Positions 41,360-56,336 of a stretch of 64,000 nt of DNA are shown in pieces (position 1 is the first letter of the stretch; each line of letters begins with the position of its first letter). Both the position numbers and the translations under genes were made by a program. This DNA comes from Octopus vulgaris (lineage: Eukaryota). The stretch covers positions 147,312,001 through 147,376,000 of the forward strand of contig OX597815.1 in the NCBI GenBank assembly GCA_951406725.2. The letters are read 5' to 3'. Below the pieces are notes generated by a model. It searched no databases, had not been told where the DNA came from, and saw only the letters and a list, made by a program, of their open reading frames with translations.

Positions 41360-42400
41360 ATTTCATTTATTTGCCACAAGGGCGAAGGATGAGCACCATA
41401 CAAATACAGACATAAAGTGTGGGAGGTTACATATAATTAATGCAAAAAAAAATAAATGAAAGAAATAAAGTTATACAAGGTATACCCTGAAAAGAAAGGG
41501 ATATACACATAGCATAAAAAGATTTTTAAAAACAAAGAGGCGGGAAGGATGAGAGAAATGTGGCCCTTTAGGCACAGCAAGGCTTTTAAAAATAATCGAG
41601 GAACCCAACTCTCCGAGATTTCCCTGAAACCCCTGGAGCAAGTGCCCCCTCCAATTCCTTCTCTCTGACTCACAGGCTACATACACTCATGCCATTTTCA
41701 CAAATTTCCCCCATTTTTCAGTAAATTCACTAGAGGACAGCACTCCCCTCTCCACTCTCAATTACTTTTTCTATAGAAACTCGATATCAATGAGAGCTTC
41801 ACCAAAGTAGGATTTATCTTCCTTCATCACTTTCAACCTTGTCACAAAATAACCTCTTTCGCAACAGCCGCCAGGCAATGGAAAACTCCTTTACCTGCCC
41901 GATTGATTGAGCGCGGCGGTGCAATCATCACTATTAACAAATCCGAGAGACGGATCCGTCCCTCACGTGACAGCAGCTATTCATCACAAGCCTACAAGTC
42001 AGGAATTCCCGGACACTAAACGAGGGCGTGCAGAAAGGTTTCGTTACTATGCGCGTACCTTGGAGAAGACAGTCTGACAGCACATTCGTGCTGGTAGAGT
42101 ATATCTCGAACCGGTAGTGTCCTTCTGTAGCACTGCTGGACCAAGGACATCTGGAAATTATGCATGATATTCCTGGCGGGAAATTCCTCCGGAACAGACT
42201 AGCTCTTTTGTCCTCGTCGGCGCCCAGACTCTTCCAAAGAACGTCGTCGCACTTCACCGCCACTAATCCTGTCTAAATTTCTGAAGTGGAATATCCACCA
42301 ATACCATTGCCTTACTGGTAGAGGGGTATGAGCACCGGACAACATTCCAGGTACCAGGTGCCCAGTCTTGGCATTTTATGAAGAGGAAAAAAGTGTCATC
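41360..42400 (-). mobile_element. Decayed L1/Tx1-like LINE ORF2 C-terminus and 3' UTR
   Basis: Minus strand: VRDILYQH..SPRY..NETFLHALV*CP (CCHC-knuckle remnant) and LRVERGVLSSSEFTEKW, with AATAAA near the 3' end. Confidence 0.55.
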
Positions 42401-42600
42401 TCAGTCTAATGGCTGTGGACATAATGATTCTTCATCATAACTGGCAAAATAAGCTGAGAGATTTTCATGAAATAATAGGAAAAATAATAATGAAGATATT
42501 GCTGATGATGATATCAAATTTTGGCTCAAAAATTTCGGAAGAGGGGGCATGCCGATTATATGGACATCGAAATGCTGAAAAACTATGTGTGTATGTGTGC

Positions 42601-42687
<87 letters not shown>

Positions 42688-43459
42688 TGTGTTTGTGTGC
42701 CATGTTTGCTTGGCGATAACTTGGCGATTAAATATCTAGTACCGCTGCCGTAGTCTCCTTTAGAGAGATTTAGAAATAACGACATATATATATCATATGC
42801 ATGCACGCGCATACACACACATATATACATATGTGTTTGGGTGCGTTTGTACGTGTGTATAGGAACAGTTTTTAAAACTGATTGAATTATATATTCAGCA
42901 TTACACGTTCTTCAGGCTCTAATGGGAGTTAAGAAATTATACATGGAGAAGTAACTTGTAAGACATCTACATGTACAACACTGCAATTCTTATTACCAAA
43001 TGATATACGTGTAATGGTGTATACCTTATACTAATTGTTTTTTAATCTCCTGATTTTATATGTAATTAGTTTACAATGAATATATTCTAGTGTTTATTCC
43101 ATAAATATATTCCAGAGATTTAATGTTGCTTATTTCTCCTCTTTTGACAGCAACGACAGTTTGTCACTGAAAATTCATAGTATTTTGCGTGTAGAATGGG
43201 TTTCATCACTAGCGTGCGTTTATCACGCACTGACGACAGGTTACTGCCCAAAAACCCGGGTTGTAGTGCATTACATAAGAGTAGATATGAGAAAGATGAT
43301 TTTATTCTCGCCAATACTAATCGGATAGAGAGTGTGCCGTTAGCCAACTGGAGGTGATGTCTTCTTGGGTCTAAAAACAACAGTTGCAAAGTCTCCTATG
43401 GGCCCGTTATATCTAGTTGGCAATTATATTTTACGATATATACATATATAAATAAATAA

Positions 43460-43554
<95 letters not shown>

Positions 43555-43642
43555 CATATGTATATATATATACATATTGTTTTTGTTTGTTTTGTTTTTC
43601 CAGTTTCAGCTCTTGAGCTGTGGCCATGCTGGGGCACCGCCA

Positions 43643-43805
43643 TTGTGGTGAAAGAGTACAGCAGGGATCACCACCCCCTGCCGGAGCCTCGTAGAGCTCT
43701 TAGGTGTTTTCGCTCAATAAACACACACAACGCCCGGTCTGAGAATCGAAACCGCGATCCTGCGACCGCGAGTCCGCTGCCCTAACCACTAGGCCATTGC
43801 GCCTC
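43643..43805 (-). mobile_element. SINE family D (also 45822-46070 +)
   Basis: Head related to family C, then GAGGCTCCGGCAGGGGGTGGTGATCC..GCTGTACTCTTTCACCAC in both copies. Confidence 0.8.
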
Positions 43806-43816
43806 TCTATAGAGAG

Positions 43817-43884
<68 letters not shown>

Positions 43885-44292
43885 GTTACGTTCTTTTGAC
43901 TTCTATTTTTTCCGTAATTTGACTGCGACCTTGCTGGAGCACCGCCTTTACTCGAAGAAATCGATCCCAGGACTCATTCTTTGTAAGCCTACTTATTTTA
44001 CAGCTCTCTTTTTGCAAAACTGCTATGTTACGGGGACGTGAACAAACCAACATCGGTTGTCAAACGATGGTGGTTGGACAGAGATACACAAACATATACA
44101 TACATACGATTGGCTTCTTTCAGTTTCCGTGTACAAAATCCACTCAAAATCTTTCTCAGGCCATAGCAGAAGACATTTGCCCAAGATGCTACGTAGTGGG
44201 ACTGAACCCAGAACCATGTGGTTGGGAAGCAAACTTCTTACCTAACAGCCATGCACATATATATATATATGTGTGTGTGTATGTGTGTGTGC

Positions 44293-44338
<46 letters not shown>

Positions 44339-45780
44339 TTGTGTGTGTGTGTTTGTATGCATGTGTGTTGTACCACCGTTTCATATCTCACAATCACTCT
44401 TTGCTAGCCTGCACAAGCACAAAAGAGAAATAGACTGCATTATGTATGTAAAAGGTTTTAACAAAATTTATGGCCAAGATTTTATACTTAATCATTAATA
44501 TTATAGTTGCGAAGGTAAGAAAATAGAATAATTTATAATTGTCATCCATGTCTAAAGGGGAAAATGATTTTAACTTATTTGAAAACGATCAAAGTGATTA
44601 ATTATATCTTAAAAGCATTAGATGTATAAAAACATAACGCTATTAGAGTTTTATAGATTTTGAAAAAAATTACTCATCTCAGAAATCCAACATTGTTTGA
44701 TCAATATATTATTTATGAAGAGGAGGGTGAATAATATGTTAGAAAATGTTATTGCATACACAAAACTGGGAAATATAAAATTATTTATATGAAATTCCTC
44801 TCTAATATCTTGGAACTTTTATTATTATATTCTTTAAACATTGTGCGAAACACGGATCAATATGTACATTTAATAATATCAATATCATAGTTAGCCCCCA
44901 CCTGCGAAGGAATGTAGATTGGTAATATGTAGGATTTGTTTTAGATGCCTATGCAGACAGAAGGGGGACATAGATGACGTTTAGCATCCCTTGACGAGCC
45001 GTAAACATCCAAGGTGTAATATTAGGGTATTGAGAGTATTGCGCTCGTATTTAACTAGCTACTCTTTTTGGTGCTGAGTATACCGCAGCAACAGGAAATG
45101 ATTGCGTTGCTCAAGAACGTAACAAGTCACCCGGCCCAACATTTAAAGCCACTGTATAGTAAGCGTAAGCCGAATAACCAAAAGCAGTATGTTACGCGCT
45201 TTGATATAAACAATACTGTTTAATAACATGTAAATTAACAACGTAAGCACAAGTATTTAAATGGAAAAAAATATTTGAAAACCGAAATGCCTGTATTTAA
45301 ACAGTAACCTATTTCATATTATCCTTCTTTGATCTCACTCATGATCGCTCATCCAGCTAGACTTATCAACAACATTTTCGTCAAATCTCATTATTTTCAA
45401 TATGGAAAATACATTGATTTTCGGTAATGCTGTATCAGATATACATCTAACATCTCTAATGCGCACAAGTCTGTTCGATTCCAATTCATAATACGATGAA
45501 ACAATATATGCGTAGCAATTCGAGGATTAGGAATCTATGTCAGCCAGACAATTTGTGGAATCCGAATGCAATCTATTTTACTCGTATCAGTCATTAGGTT
45601 GCAGCCATGCAGTTATTTGTATCTGTAGTACCTCCTTCAAGAATACAGCGCCACCTCCTTCAAGAATTGTAGTCGAATAAACCATCTCCGGTACCCATCT
45701 ATTATAGGGAGCTAATTATTCTATCGGTTATATATATATATATATTCTTACATATAAGAGAACGAAATGTACGTACTCCG

Positions 45781-45824
<44 letters not shown>

Positions 45825-46099
45825 CGATTCCGGAACCGGTCGTTGTGAGTGTTTATTGAGCGAAAACACCTAAAAGCTCCACGAGGCTCCGGCAGGGGGT
45901 GGTGATCCTTGCTGTACTCTTTCACCACTCTTTCTCCTACTCTTTCTTCTGTTGGCCTGCTCGCTTAGCCAGCGGGGTGGCGTCATTCGAAGGCTAAAAC
46001 AATGCGAACGCATCGTGACCAGCGATGTGTAACTACTTCTGATGGACTGGTCGGTCACGTGATCACGTGATATATATATATATATATATATAATACAAT

Positions 46100-46388
46100 A
46101 ATGGGACAAGAACGCAAAACATTCGGACAACTAAATGATACAAAAAGGGACAACAAAATATCCCGATAGACGATACAAAAAAAGAAGGACGGGTCATTCG
46201 AAGCTTTTTATCCTCCGTCAAGAATCCTCGCAATTTCGGCTGATTATTGCGAAGATGTTCCGGTTCTTGACTGAGGATTAAAAGCTTCGAATGGCTCGTC
46301 CCTGTTATTTCGTATCGTCTATCTGGATGTTTTGTTGTCCCTTTTTATATCACCTAGTTGTCTGGATGTTTTGCGTTCTTGTCCCATT
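46100..46388. mobile_element. ~290-bp fold-back in (TA)n
   Basis: Imperfect ~125-bp inverted arms 46100-46224 and 46264-46388. No convincing HHR core. Confidence 0.7.
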
Positions 46389-46453
46389 TTATATATATAT
46401 ATATATATAGCGACGTACGTACATTGTGTTCTCTTATATGTAAGTATAGATAT

Positions 46454-47204
<751 letters not shown>

Positions 47205-47907
47205 TGCATATACTTTCAAGATATACAATTCCAGGTAAAAAAAACATATACATATAAATACCAATATATAGATATATTTAAAAATAGGTACACATATACT
47301 CACGTGAAATATATGTACACAAACAGTGGGAATAAATATGTACGTATAAAGTACTTTCACATAAAAATATTTTACATATGCATATATGCATGTATATACA
47401 CGTAAATACGCTAAATCATGTATCTACACATATATTTATGCATTGATACATAATTTAGAAAAACAACAATTATATTTGACACATAGTTTTCCATATACTT
47501 ATGTCCGTACGTATTGTTTGTATATATACTTATTCATCAATATATAATCGCGAATTACATCTACGAAAACAAATGATACGAGAACACATTGCAAATAAAA
47601 ACATTGCTTGACAAACGATCGCTGGTGTGTTTACGTTCCCGTAACTTACCGGTTAGGCAAAAGAGTACTAGGATTATAAAGCATGCATAAATCCTGGGAT
47701 CGGCTAGCTCGACTAAAGGCGGTGCTCGAGCATGAAAGAATTGATAACAAGCATCAAATTACTGAAAGCAAAATTAATATCACTAAACACCAAAACAGAA
47801 TAAATAACACGACGTTAAATAATACACCTAAAACTTAAATAATATTTTAAGCTATAATAATAAATGCCTTAACGTTAACCATTCTTCTAATAAAATTTAT
47901 GCGCACA

Positions 47908-48538
47908 CTAAGAGCACTCCGTCGGTTACGAGAACGAGGGTCCTAATGATACGATCAATGGAACAGATTGCTCGTGAAGTTAACGTGCAAGTAGCTGAGG
48001 ACACCACAGATACGCGTACCCTTAATGTAGTTCTCGGGGAGATTCAACGTGACAGAGAGTGTGATAAGGCTGGCCCTTTGAAATACAGGTACTACTCATT
48101 TTGCCAGCTGAGTGGACTGGAGCAACGTGAAATAAATTGCCTTGCTCAAAAAGCGTTGCCGGAATTGAACCCACGACCTTACGATCGGAAGCAAAATGCC
48201 CTAACGAATGGCTATGCGCCTTCACAAAATAGCACTCAGTTGACTACGACAACTAGGGTCCCAGCTGATATGATTTATGGAACAGCTTGTTCGTGAAATT
48301 AACGTGCAAGTGGCTGAGTACTCCACAGACACGTGTAAACTTAGCAAGATTCAGCGTGACACAGAGTGTGATAAGGTTGGCCCTTTCAAAAAGAGGTGCT
48401 ACTTATTTTTTGCCAGCTGAGTGGATTGGCGCAACATGAAATAACTTGCCTTGCTCAAGGACACAATGCAGAAATTGAACCCAGGACCCTACAGTCGTGA
48501 GTCGAATGCCCTAACCACTAAGCCATGCGCCTTCACAC
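47908..48538 (-). mobile_element. Tandem pair of SINE family E copies with shared 9-bp TSD
   Basis: Two copies (~47908-48224 and ~48228-48536) flanked by ATGCGCACA at 47899-47907 and 48539-48547. Confidence 0.85.
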
Positions 48539-49009
48539 ATGCGCACAATAACTGAAATAAATATATTAAATCTAAAATAGATCATAATACATCTATAATT
48601 AATAATAATATTAATAAATCTAATAAAATTTGGCTAAATATTCCATATGCCATGCAAATAAAAAGTAAATAAATCAATTTTCAAGATTATCCATAAACGT
48701 TTTAATACCAATAATAGATACTATGAAATAATTAACAATATAACCATAAATATTGGATTTAGCCTAACCAATAAATTATTTACTATTATATCTTCCATAA
48801 ATATCAAGAAATAAGATAAATTCTACTTAATTAGAAATATCCACAGTAATAACCAAATTAACCCCCTCCCGGACCTAATGTATCACTCACTAACTCTAAT
48901 AACCTTATTACGTGTATCGATATATCTCTTAACAATAGAAATTCAAAACATAATACGAAAATAACTAACAATATCTCTGCATCCAATACAGAAACATACA
49001 ATAACATTT

Positions 49010-49400
49010 ATAGTAATTGTGACTGTAGGCTATAAAATAATTGTTTATTTAGGAATTCATGCAAAAGTGAAAACGTAATATACCAATGTACAGTTGCAAC
49101 TCAAGATAAAAAACATATGTATATAGGTTCCACGGAAAATGCTGTTAAGAAAGGAGTCACAACCCAGTTTTAGTTATAGACATAAATTCTATTGGATTAA
49201 GCAACTTTATTTCGAAATGAAAGGACAATGATATTAATTTCGATCTTAAATAGGATATAATTGTTTCTGCACCATCCTATAAAGTCAATAATAATTGTGA
49301 ATCTGGGGCATTTTATTCTAAAATCAAAAAAAATACCCTGAGACAAAAAGTTATTTTCTGTCTTCACACGGGAAAATATGTATTTTCAAAATTTAAATAC
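49010..49400 (+). pseudogene. Decayed PLE GIY-YIG endonuclease of a second PLE clade
   Basis: NCDCRL*NNCLFRNSCKSENVIYQCTVATQDKKHMYIGSTE...DLK*DIIVSAPSY. The surrounding A-rich DNA (~47760-49980) is probably the same element. Confidence 0.7.
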
Positions 49401-50195
49401 TGGGTTTATTATATCTGTCGCTACTATAATTATACACTCCTTAAATATGAAATAATTACATATGAACAACTATTATAAGGTTAAGACTTATAATATTTTT
49501 CATTTTAGTTTTAGAGAACAATAGCCTAATCTTTGCAATGAGATAAATATTTCCATATTACTTGTTAACGTAGTAATACCAACATCTCCGAATTTTAACC
49601 TACCATTCTGTTCCCTCGGTATTACTCACTATACCTCCTTCTTTTCTTAATCTCATTCTTATGGAATATAAACTACAGGTCGTAACGCTTCCTCCAGAAA
49701 TACCTTATTCAATCATCAAAACGGGAAAAGCATTTCATATATTCAACTATAGATATAAGTATATTCAAAATATTAGCATAACTATTTCATTTTAAATTTA
49801 ATATCACTTATTTTCCCTCTAACAATTCCAACTATAGACACCACTCTAATCCCATAGTTATACTATTTACAATAATAGTCTCCCTCCTCCTGACCTCTAA
49901 CCAACTAATAAATATTCACCTTATGTACCTAACCAGATTTATTATTTTACACAAAAGTTCTAATTACATAACAACTATTATCTACTGTTTATCTATTTGT
50001 TCACGTAGGCGTAAGAGTGGTTGTGTGGTAAGTAGCTTGCTTACGAACCACATGATTCCGGGTTCAGTCCCACTACGTGACACCTCGAGCCGACCAAAAC
50101 CTTGTAAGTGGATTTCGTACATGGAAACTGAAAGAAGACAGTCGTATATATATGTATATATATGCATGCATACACACATACGCATACATACATAC

Positions 50196-50270
<75 letters not shown>

Positions 50271-50351
50271 AAAAAGTTTAGTTGTGGGGTATCGTACGAG
50301 TGGGATTATATATGAAAAAAGGTTTGAAAATGCAATTTAAACGATGTTTAT

Positions 50352-50396
50352 TTACTTAACCGGTTTCACTCTTTGGTAAAAGATTGTCAAAAGTAA
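50352..50396 (-). ncRNA. Variant hammerhead ribozyme (left arm)
   Basis: Reverse complement of 51899-51943. Confidence 0.65.
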
Positions 50397-51898
50397 CATT
50401 GAATATTATGGGTTCAAAAAAGTTTTTTACATAATTGTCACATTGAATATTATGAATTCAAAAATGTTTTTTTATACATAATTGTCACATTACATGTATA
50501 AATATAGTATAAAAAAGTTCAATAGTGTGATGAGAATATTTGGAAAAATTGGCAGAAAAGAATAAAACAAATATATTATTGGAAATTTGGTTGCGTTAAT
50601 TATTGGTTGTCGCAAATTGTCACATTACATGTATATATATACAGTCTTTGGTAGAAAGGACATGTTAAAGACATAAGGAAGTGTAATAGTTTGGTGAGAA
50701 AGCTTGTAATATTGACAGAGAAAATTAAAATGGATATTTTAGACATCTCAGAATATTTTGAATCGAAGGCGAGAATTTGTTTTTTACTGACCTGTTTGTT
50801 TTAGCAGAAAAGTTGAATTGAGAGATCTAAAGATATGTACCCAGTTTGGTTTATACTTCCCCTTCAAGCATCAGTGATTTTGGGGTTATTGGGAGGTGAG
50901 TATGCGGGTGTGAATAGATGTGTCCGTGTGCCTGCTGGTCAGACAGCGTCTGTTTGTCACACACATATATACATACACACACAACAACAATACACACACA
51001 CACATAGTATACACACACACACCACATACACACAACACACACACACAGAACACACACACAGAACACACACACACACAACGCACCCACATATAAAATATAT
51101 ACACACATCACACAAATATAACATGTATTTATATATAATATACACACATATATAACACATACACACACAACACACACACACACACACACACACAACACAC
51201 GCACACATATATACATAATATAAATATCACACAAATACACCTAGCATATATATACATATATGTATGTGTGTATGTGGTGTGTGTGTGTATACTATGTGTG
51301 TGTATTGTTGTTGTGTGTGTATGTATATATGTGTGTGACAAACAGACGCTGTCTGACCAGCAGGCACACGGACACATCTATTCACACCCGCATACTCACC
51401 TCCCAATAACCCCAAAATCACTGATGCTTGAAGGGGAAGTATAAACCAAACTGGGTACATATCTTTTTTTCTCTCAATTCAACTTTTCTGCTAAAACAAA
51501 CAGGTCAGTAAAAAACAAATTCTCGCCTTCGATTCAAAATATTCTGAGATGTCTAAAATATCCATTTTAATTTTCTCTGTCAATATTACAAGCTTTCTCA
51601 CCAAACTATTACACTTCCTTATGTCTTTAACATGTCCTTTCTACCAAAGACTGTATATATATACATGTAATGTGACAATTTGCGACAACCAATAATTAAC
51701 GCAACCAAATTTCCAATAATATATTTGTTTTATTCTTTTCTGCCAATTTTTCCAAATATTCTCATCACACTATTGAACTTTTTTATACTATATTTATACA
51801 TGTAATGTGACAATTATGTATAAAAAAACATTTTTGAATTCATAATATTCAATGTGACAATTATGTAAAAAACTTTTTTGAACCCATAATATTCAATG

Positions 51899-51943
51899 TT
51901 ACTTTTGACAATCTTTTACCAAAGAGTGAAACCGGTTAAGTAA
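51899..51943 (+). ncRNA. Variant hammerhead ribozyme (U3-A8 core)
   Basis: TTACTT-TTGACAA-T CTTTT acca AAGAG T-GAAAC CG GTT-AAGTAA. 6-bp stem I, palindromic ACCGGT. Confidence 0.65.
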
Positions 51944-51981
51944 ATAAACATCGTTTAAATTGCATTTTCAAACCTTTTTTC

Positions 51982-52028
<47 letters not shown>

Positions 52029-52639
52029 CATATACATGTATGTATATATATATATGTATGTATGTATGTATGTGTGTGTGCGTGTATATGTTTATGTGTC
52101 TGTGTTCTCCCCCAACATCGCTTGACAACCGATACTGGTGTGTTTATATATGCGAAACTTAGCGGTTCGGCAAAAAAGAACGAGAAAATAAGTAGTAGGC
52201 TTACAAAGAATACGTTCTGGGGTCGATTTGCTCGACTAAAGGCGGTGCTCCATCATGGCGACAGTGAAATTACTGAAACAAGTAAAAGAGTTAAAGAGTA
52301 TATCATTTTATCAATTTTTTCTCGACCATTGCTAACTTTGTATCTTAATTATCCACTAGATCTGAATAGAAATGATATGCATGATAATTTCTATATCTAA
52401 TATTTGTATCATAGTAAATGCATAACTTTATGTTCTTAGCTATATAAATACCATTTTTATATATATAATGTGCCGGTGTGAATGTATATATTTGTGCGTT
52501 TTGATATATAAGGAACCTATGCAAATGTAAATGTGGGTATATATGTTTATGTTCGTAAGAGTATAAATTAACAGTGGTAAGTTGTTTATTATATATACAT
52601 GTTATATGCATATTTCACATATGTAGATATGGATATACA

Positions 52640-52681
<42 letters not shown>

Positions 52682-52688
<7 letters not shown>

Positions 52689-53053
52689 AAGAGCGATGCC
52701 TTATAGAAATAACAGGGTAGGTTGCCAACTCTGCTCCATGGAGACATATGAAATTTTAAAGCATAAAAAAAATAGCTGTAAGACCTTCTAACTGTAAATG
52801 CTCTAATATCTACACAGCCTTTTTTTTTCTCTTATTACGCAAAAATAATAAATCTTTAGAGCGAGTTATTAATAAAATTTAGAGCGAGTTATAAACAGTA
52901 GCTGTAACACATCGTGACGTATATTTGCCATTTAAATATGGCTAACCCCTAAGGGTGGATGCTACTGTAGTTTGTAGCCCCAGGAGGACACCTCCCCCAG
53001 CTGGCTGTAGACACACGTTCTGTGCCCTATCAAATATTTATACACACACACAC

Positions 53054-53110
<57 letters not shown>

Positions 53111-53198
53111 ACATATAATTTAGGATAAAGTAATGTGTAACCAATCCGGCAATTATTCAAATATGAAACTAATAATATAATAATAATTTACACACATA

Positions 53199-53260
<62 letters not shown>

Positions 53261-53716
53261 TATGTGTGTAAATTATTATTATATTATTAGTTTCATATTT
53301 GAATAATTGTCGGATTGGTTACACATTACTTTATCCTAAATTATATGTACAATATATATAAAATAAATATAAGAGAGTGGTCACTATATTGATCACACTA
53401 GCACCAGTTAATCCAAAAGGTTTCAACCACGAAAAATACATGTTTCCCATGAAAGCCAGTACGACTGTTAGCTCACACGGACAGGGCAAATAAAAAATAA
53501 CAAAAATACAGATTATTTTGGGACAATTGTTTCGCTATTAATGAATTAAATGTAATATTACTTACAATAATCCATTTGTAGCTCTTCAGCCAAGACTATC
53601 TGGATGAAATCCACTCAATCACACGCCAGATTTTACCATAACGATAAATACGCGTGCGGTTCAATTGATTACATCGGACGTTATAATTCAAATGCCCCAA
53701 CCAATACAATATAAAT

Positions 53717-53759
<43 letters not shown>

Positions 53760-54448
53760 GTGTGTGTGTGTATAAATATTTGATAGGGCACAGAACGTGT
53801 GTCTACAGCCAGCTGGGGGAGGTGTCCTCCTGGGGCTACAAACTACAGTAGCATCCACCCTTAGGGGTTAGCCATATTTAAATGGCAAATATACGTCACG
53901 ATGTGTTACAGCTACTGTTTATAACTCGCTCTAAATTTTATTAATAACTCGCTCTAAAGATTTATTATTTTTGCGTAATAAGAGAAAAAAAAGGCTGTGT
54001 AGATATTAGAGCATTTACAGTTAGAAGGTCTTACAGCTATTTTTTTTATGCTTTAAAATTTCATATGTCTCCATGGAGCAGAGTTGGCAACCTACCCTGT
54101 TATTTCTATAAGGCATCGCTCTTCTAACTATTTCCCAATTAAGGTTATATTTAATATTATTATTTTTGAGTTCCCAGATCTTACTTGAAAGTGTGGTGCA
54201 ACCTGCTTTATGACGTAACTTAAATGAGGAGATATAGTTGCTAACTCTTCGTTTAAATTTTATAGTACAACCCAAATAAAAAATTTGCTTCTCAGTAGTT
54301 ATGGTACATTTATAGATTACTTTTTCTTGCTTATAATCACCCCAAATTATTTTATGGTTAATACCATAAAGATTTCTGGTGCATCTAAGTTAAGTACCAC
54401 ATTCATGTGAATTCATTGGAACTCACTTGAATCTTAATTGTTTTACTT

Positions 54449-54450
<2 letters not shown>
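52682..54450. mobile_element. 5'-truncated PLE (minus, ~54450-53257) plus an inverted, internally deleted copy (52682-53202)
   Basis: Minus strand: KVIYKCTITTEKQIFYLGCTIKFKRR..TTLSSKIWELK..WEIVRRAMPY..CQLCSME (GIY-YIG). 52682-53065 is the reverse complement of ~53748-54131, and 53105-53202 is the reverse complement of 53257-53355. Confidence 0.85.
53511..53600 (-). ncRNA. Type I hammerhead ribozyme in PLE 3' region
   Basis: Minus strand: TTGG-CTGAAGA-GCTA...TAGC-GAAAC AATT GTC-CCAA. GUC triplet, palindromic ACAATTGT. Confidence 0.85.
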
Positions 54451-54495
<45 letters not shown>

Positions 54496-54663
54496 CTATA
54501 TATCTATATATATGTATGTATATATATATGCATATATATGTATGTATATATATACGCATATATATGTATATATATGTATGCATATATGTATATATATATT
54601 TTGTGTACATTTATGCGCATATATATATATATGCATGTATATATATATATGTATATATATAGA

Positions 54664-54747
<84 letters not shown>

Positions 54748-55124
54748 TAACAATTGCAGCGTGGAAGGTGTTTATAAGCCATTTAAGAAACATACAAAAA
54801 CTGTTAGATTCACTTCAACATTTAAATTTAATTTGTCATATATTTTCGTCGCTTGAGACCGCGACCTGTTCACTGTTTTCGTTCCAGCACACGATCTCAG
54901 ATCGTTTTTACTCGCTATGCAAGTACATCTCCGCAATATATATATATATATTCAAATCGTTGGCGATTTCCTTCTTCCGTCTTCCTTTTCTATTGGACTT
55001 TCCTCTGTTTCTGTTGAGGAGCTCTGCTAGAAAGGTTAAACCATCCTTCTTTCCGTTCCAGAGCGTCTACTAATACTTTACATGTACCACGTCCTCGCGG
55101 TGTGTTTTTTTTTGTGATTTGCTA

Positions 55125-55193
<69 letters not shown>

Positions 55194-55194
55194 G

Positions 55195-55253
<59 letters not shown>

Positions 55254-56254
55254 ATACTCTTTTGCTCTTTTACTCTTTTACTGAAGCTCTGCCTTTAGTC
55301 GAGCAAATCGACCTCAGGACTTATTCTTTGTAAACCTAGTACTTATTCTCTCGGTCTCTTTTACCGAACAGCTAAGTTACAGGGACATGAACACACCAAC
55401 GTCGGTTGTCAAGCGGTATTGGTTGGGACAAAGAGAACACAAACATATACACATATATATATATATATGTATACATATACGAAGGGCTTTTTCCAGTTTC
55501 CGTCTACCAAATCCACTCAAAAGTCTTTGGCCGGCCCGAAGCTATAGTAGGAAACACTTACTCAAAGTGCAACGCAGTGGGACTGAACCCGGGACAATGT
55601 TGTTGATAAGAAAGCCACTCCTGTATGCATGTGAATATATAATAATTGATATTTACATCCCCTACCTAGTTACTCAATTTTTACCATTTAAATTATTAAA
55701 GCCATAAACGACTAACACACAAATAAGTAATATTTTCAATGATATAAGAGATTTATTTATCTCGTAAACAAAGTATTTATTTTCCGTTCTGTTTAATCAA
55801 ATAACATAGGGACGCTATGTATTTTAAAGTATTTAGCCAATCACATTGCTTTGTCTCTATTTGATCGATACTAATCGTTTGATAGGAATGGAAGAACTAT
55901 GTTTTTCAATATACGTACGTATATTTTGTTTTCGTAGACGTAATTCTCGATTATATGTGTATGAATAAGTGTATATACATACAACATATACGGATATCAG
56001 TATATGGAAAACTGTGTTCTATTTTTCATATTAATTCAATCTATTTTTTAAACAAATTATAAGCGTAATCACTGATTTTTTCTCTCATTCATATGATACT
56101 ATTTTTACTGTATCTCACTATCTAACATGTATTTACCAGTTATTACCATTATATAAACTATTACCCCCTGGTCAAAGTTTTTAAGAGTATTAGTGATTAA
56201 ATGAGACATTTTCGAAGAATAACCTGTAATAACCTAACGATATGTCTTATTACT

Positions 56255-56336
56255 ACCCTGATGAGATGTTACCCAATAAAAATACTTTGATTGCTGGAAT
56301 TTGATTCTTTTGGGCAAACTCGAAACAGCTATAGGT
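56255..56336 (+). ncRNA. Hammerhead ribozyme with one stem III mutation
   Basis: ACC-CTGATGA-GATGTTACCCAA...TTGGGCAAACTC-GAAAC AGCT ATA-GGT. Confidence 0.65.

Larger units (their letters stand above)
50272..51983. mobile_element. 1.7-kb fold-back element with terminal variant HHRs, in the (TA)n of a SINE
   Basis: Arms 50312-~51033 and ~51266-51983 are near-perfect reverse complements with a CA/TA spacer. A ~40-bp unpaired tail (50272-50311) is on the left. Confidence 0.85.
50008..52299 (+). mobile_element. SINE family B split by the 1.7-kb fold-back (head 50008-50145, tail ~52090-52299)
   Basis: Head and tail match the other family B copies. The interruption lies within the SINE's internal (TA)n. 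Confidence 0.8.

Noticed and set aside
43226-43270. CTGACGA...AAAAC CCGG GTT as a hammerhead
   Set aside because: The catalytic G of GAAA is missing and the stems are poor. At best a decayed relic.
47760-49980. A-rich stretch that looks like a mitochondrial insertion
   Set aside because: No mitochondrial gene motif recognised. It contains a PLE GIY-YIG remnant instead.
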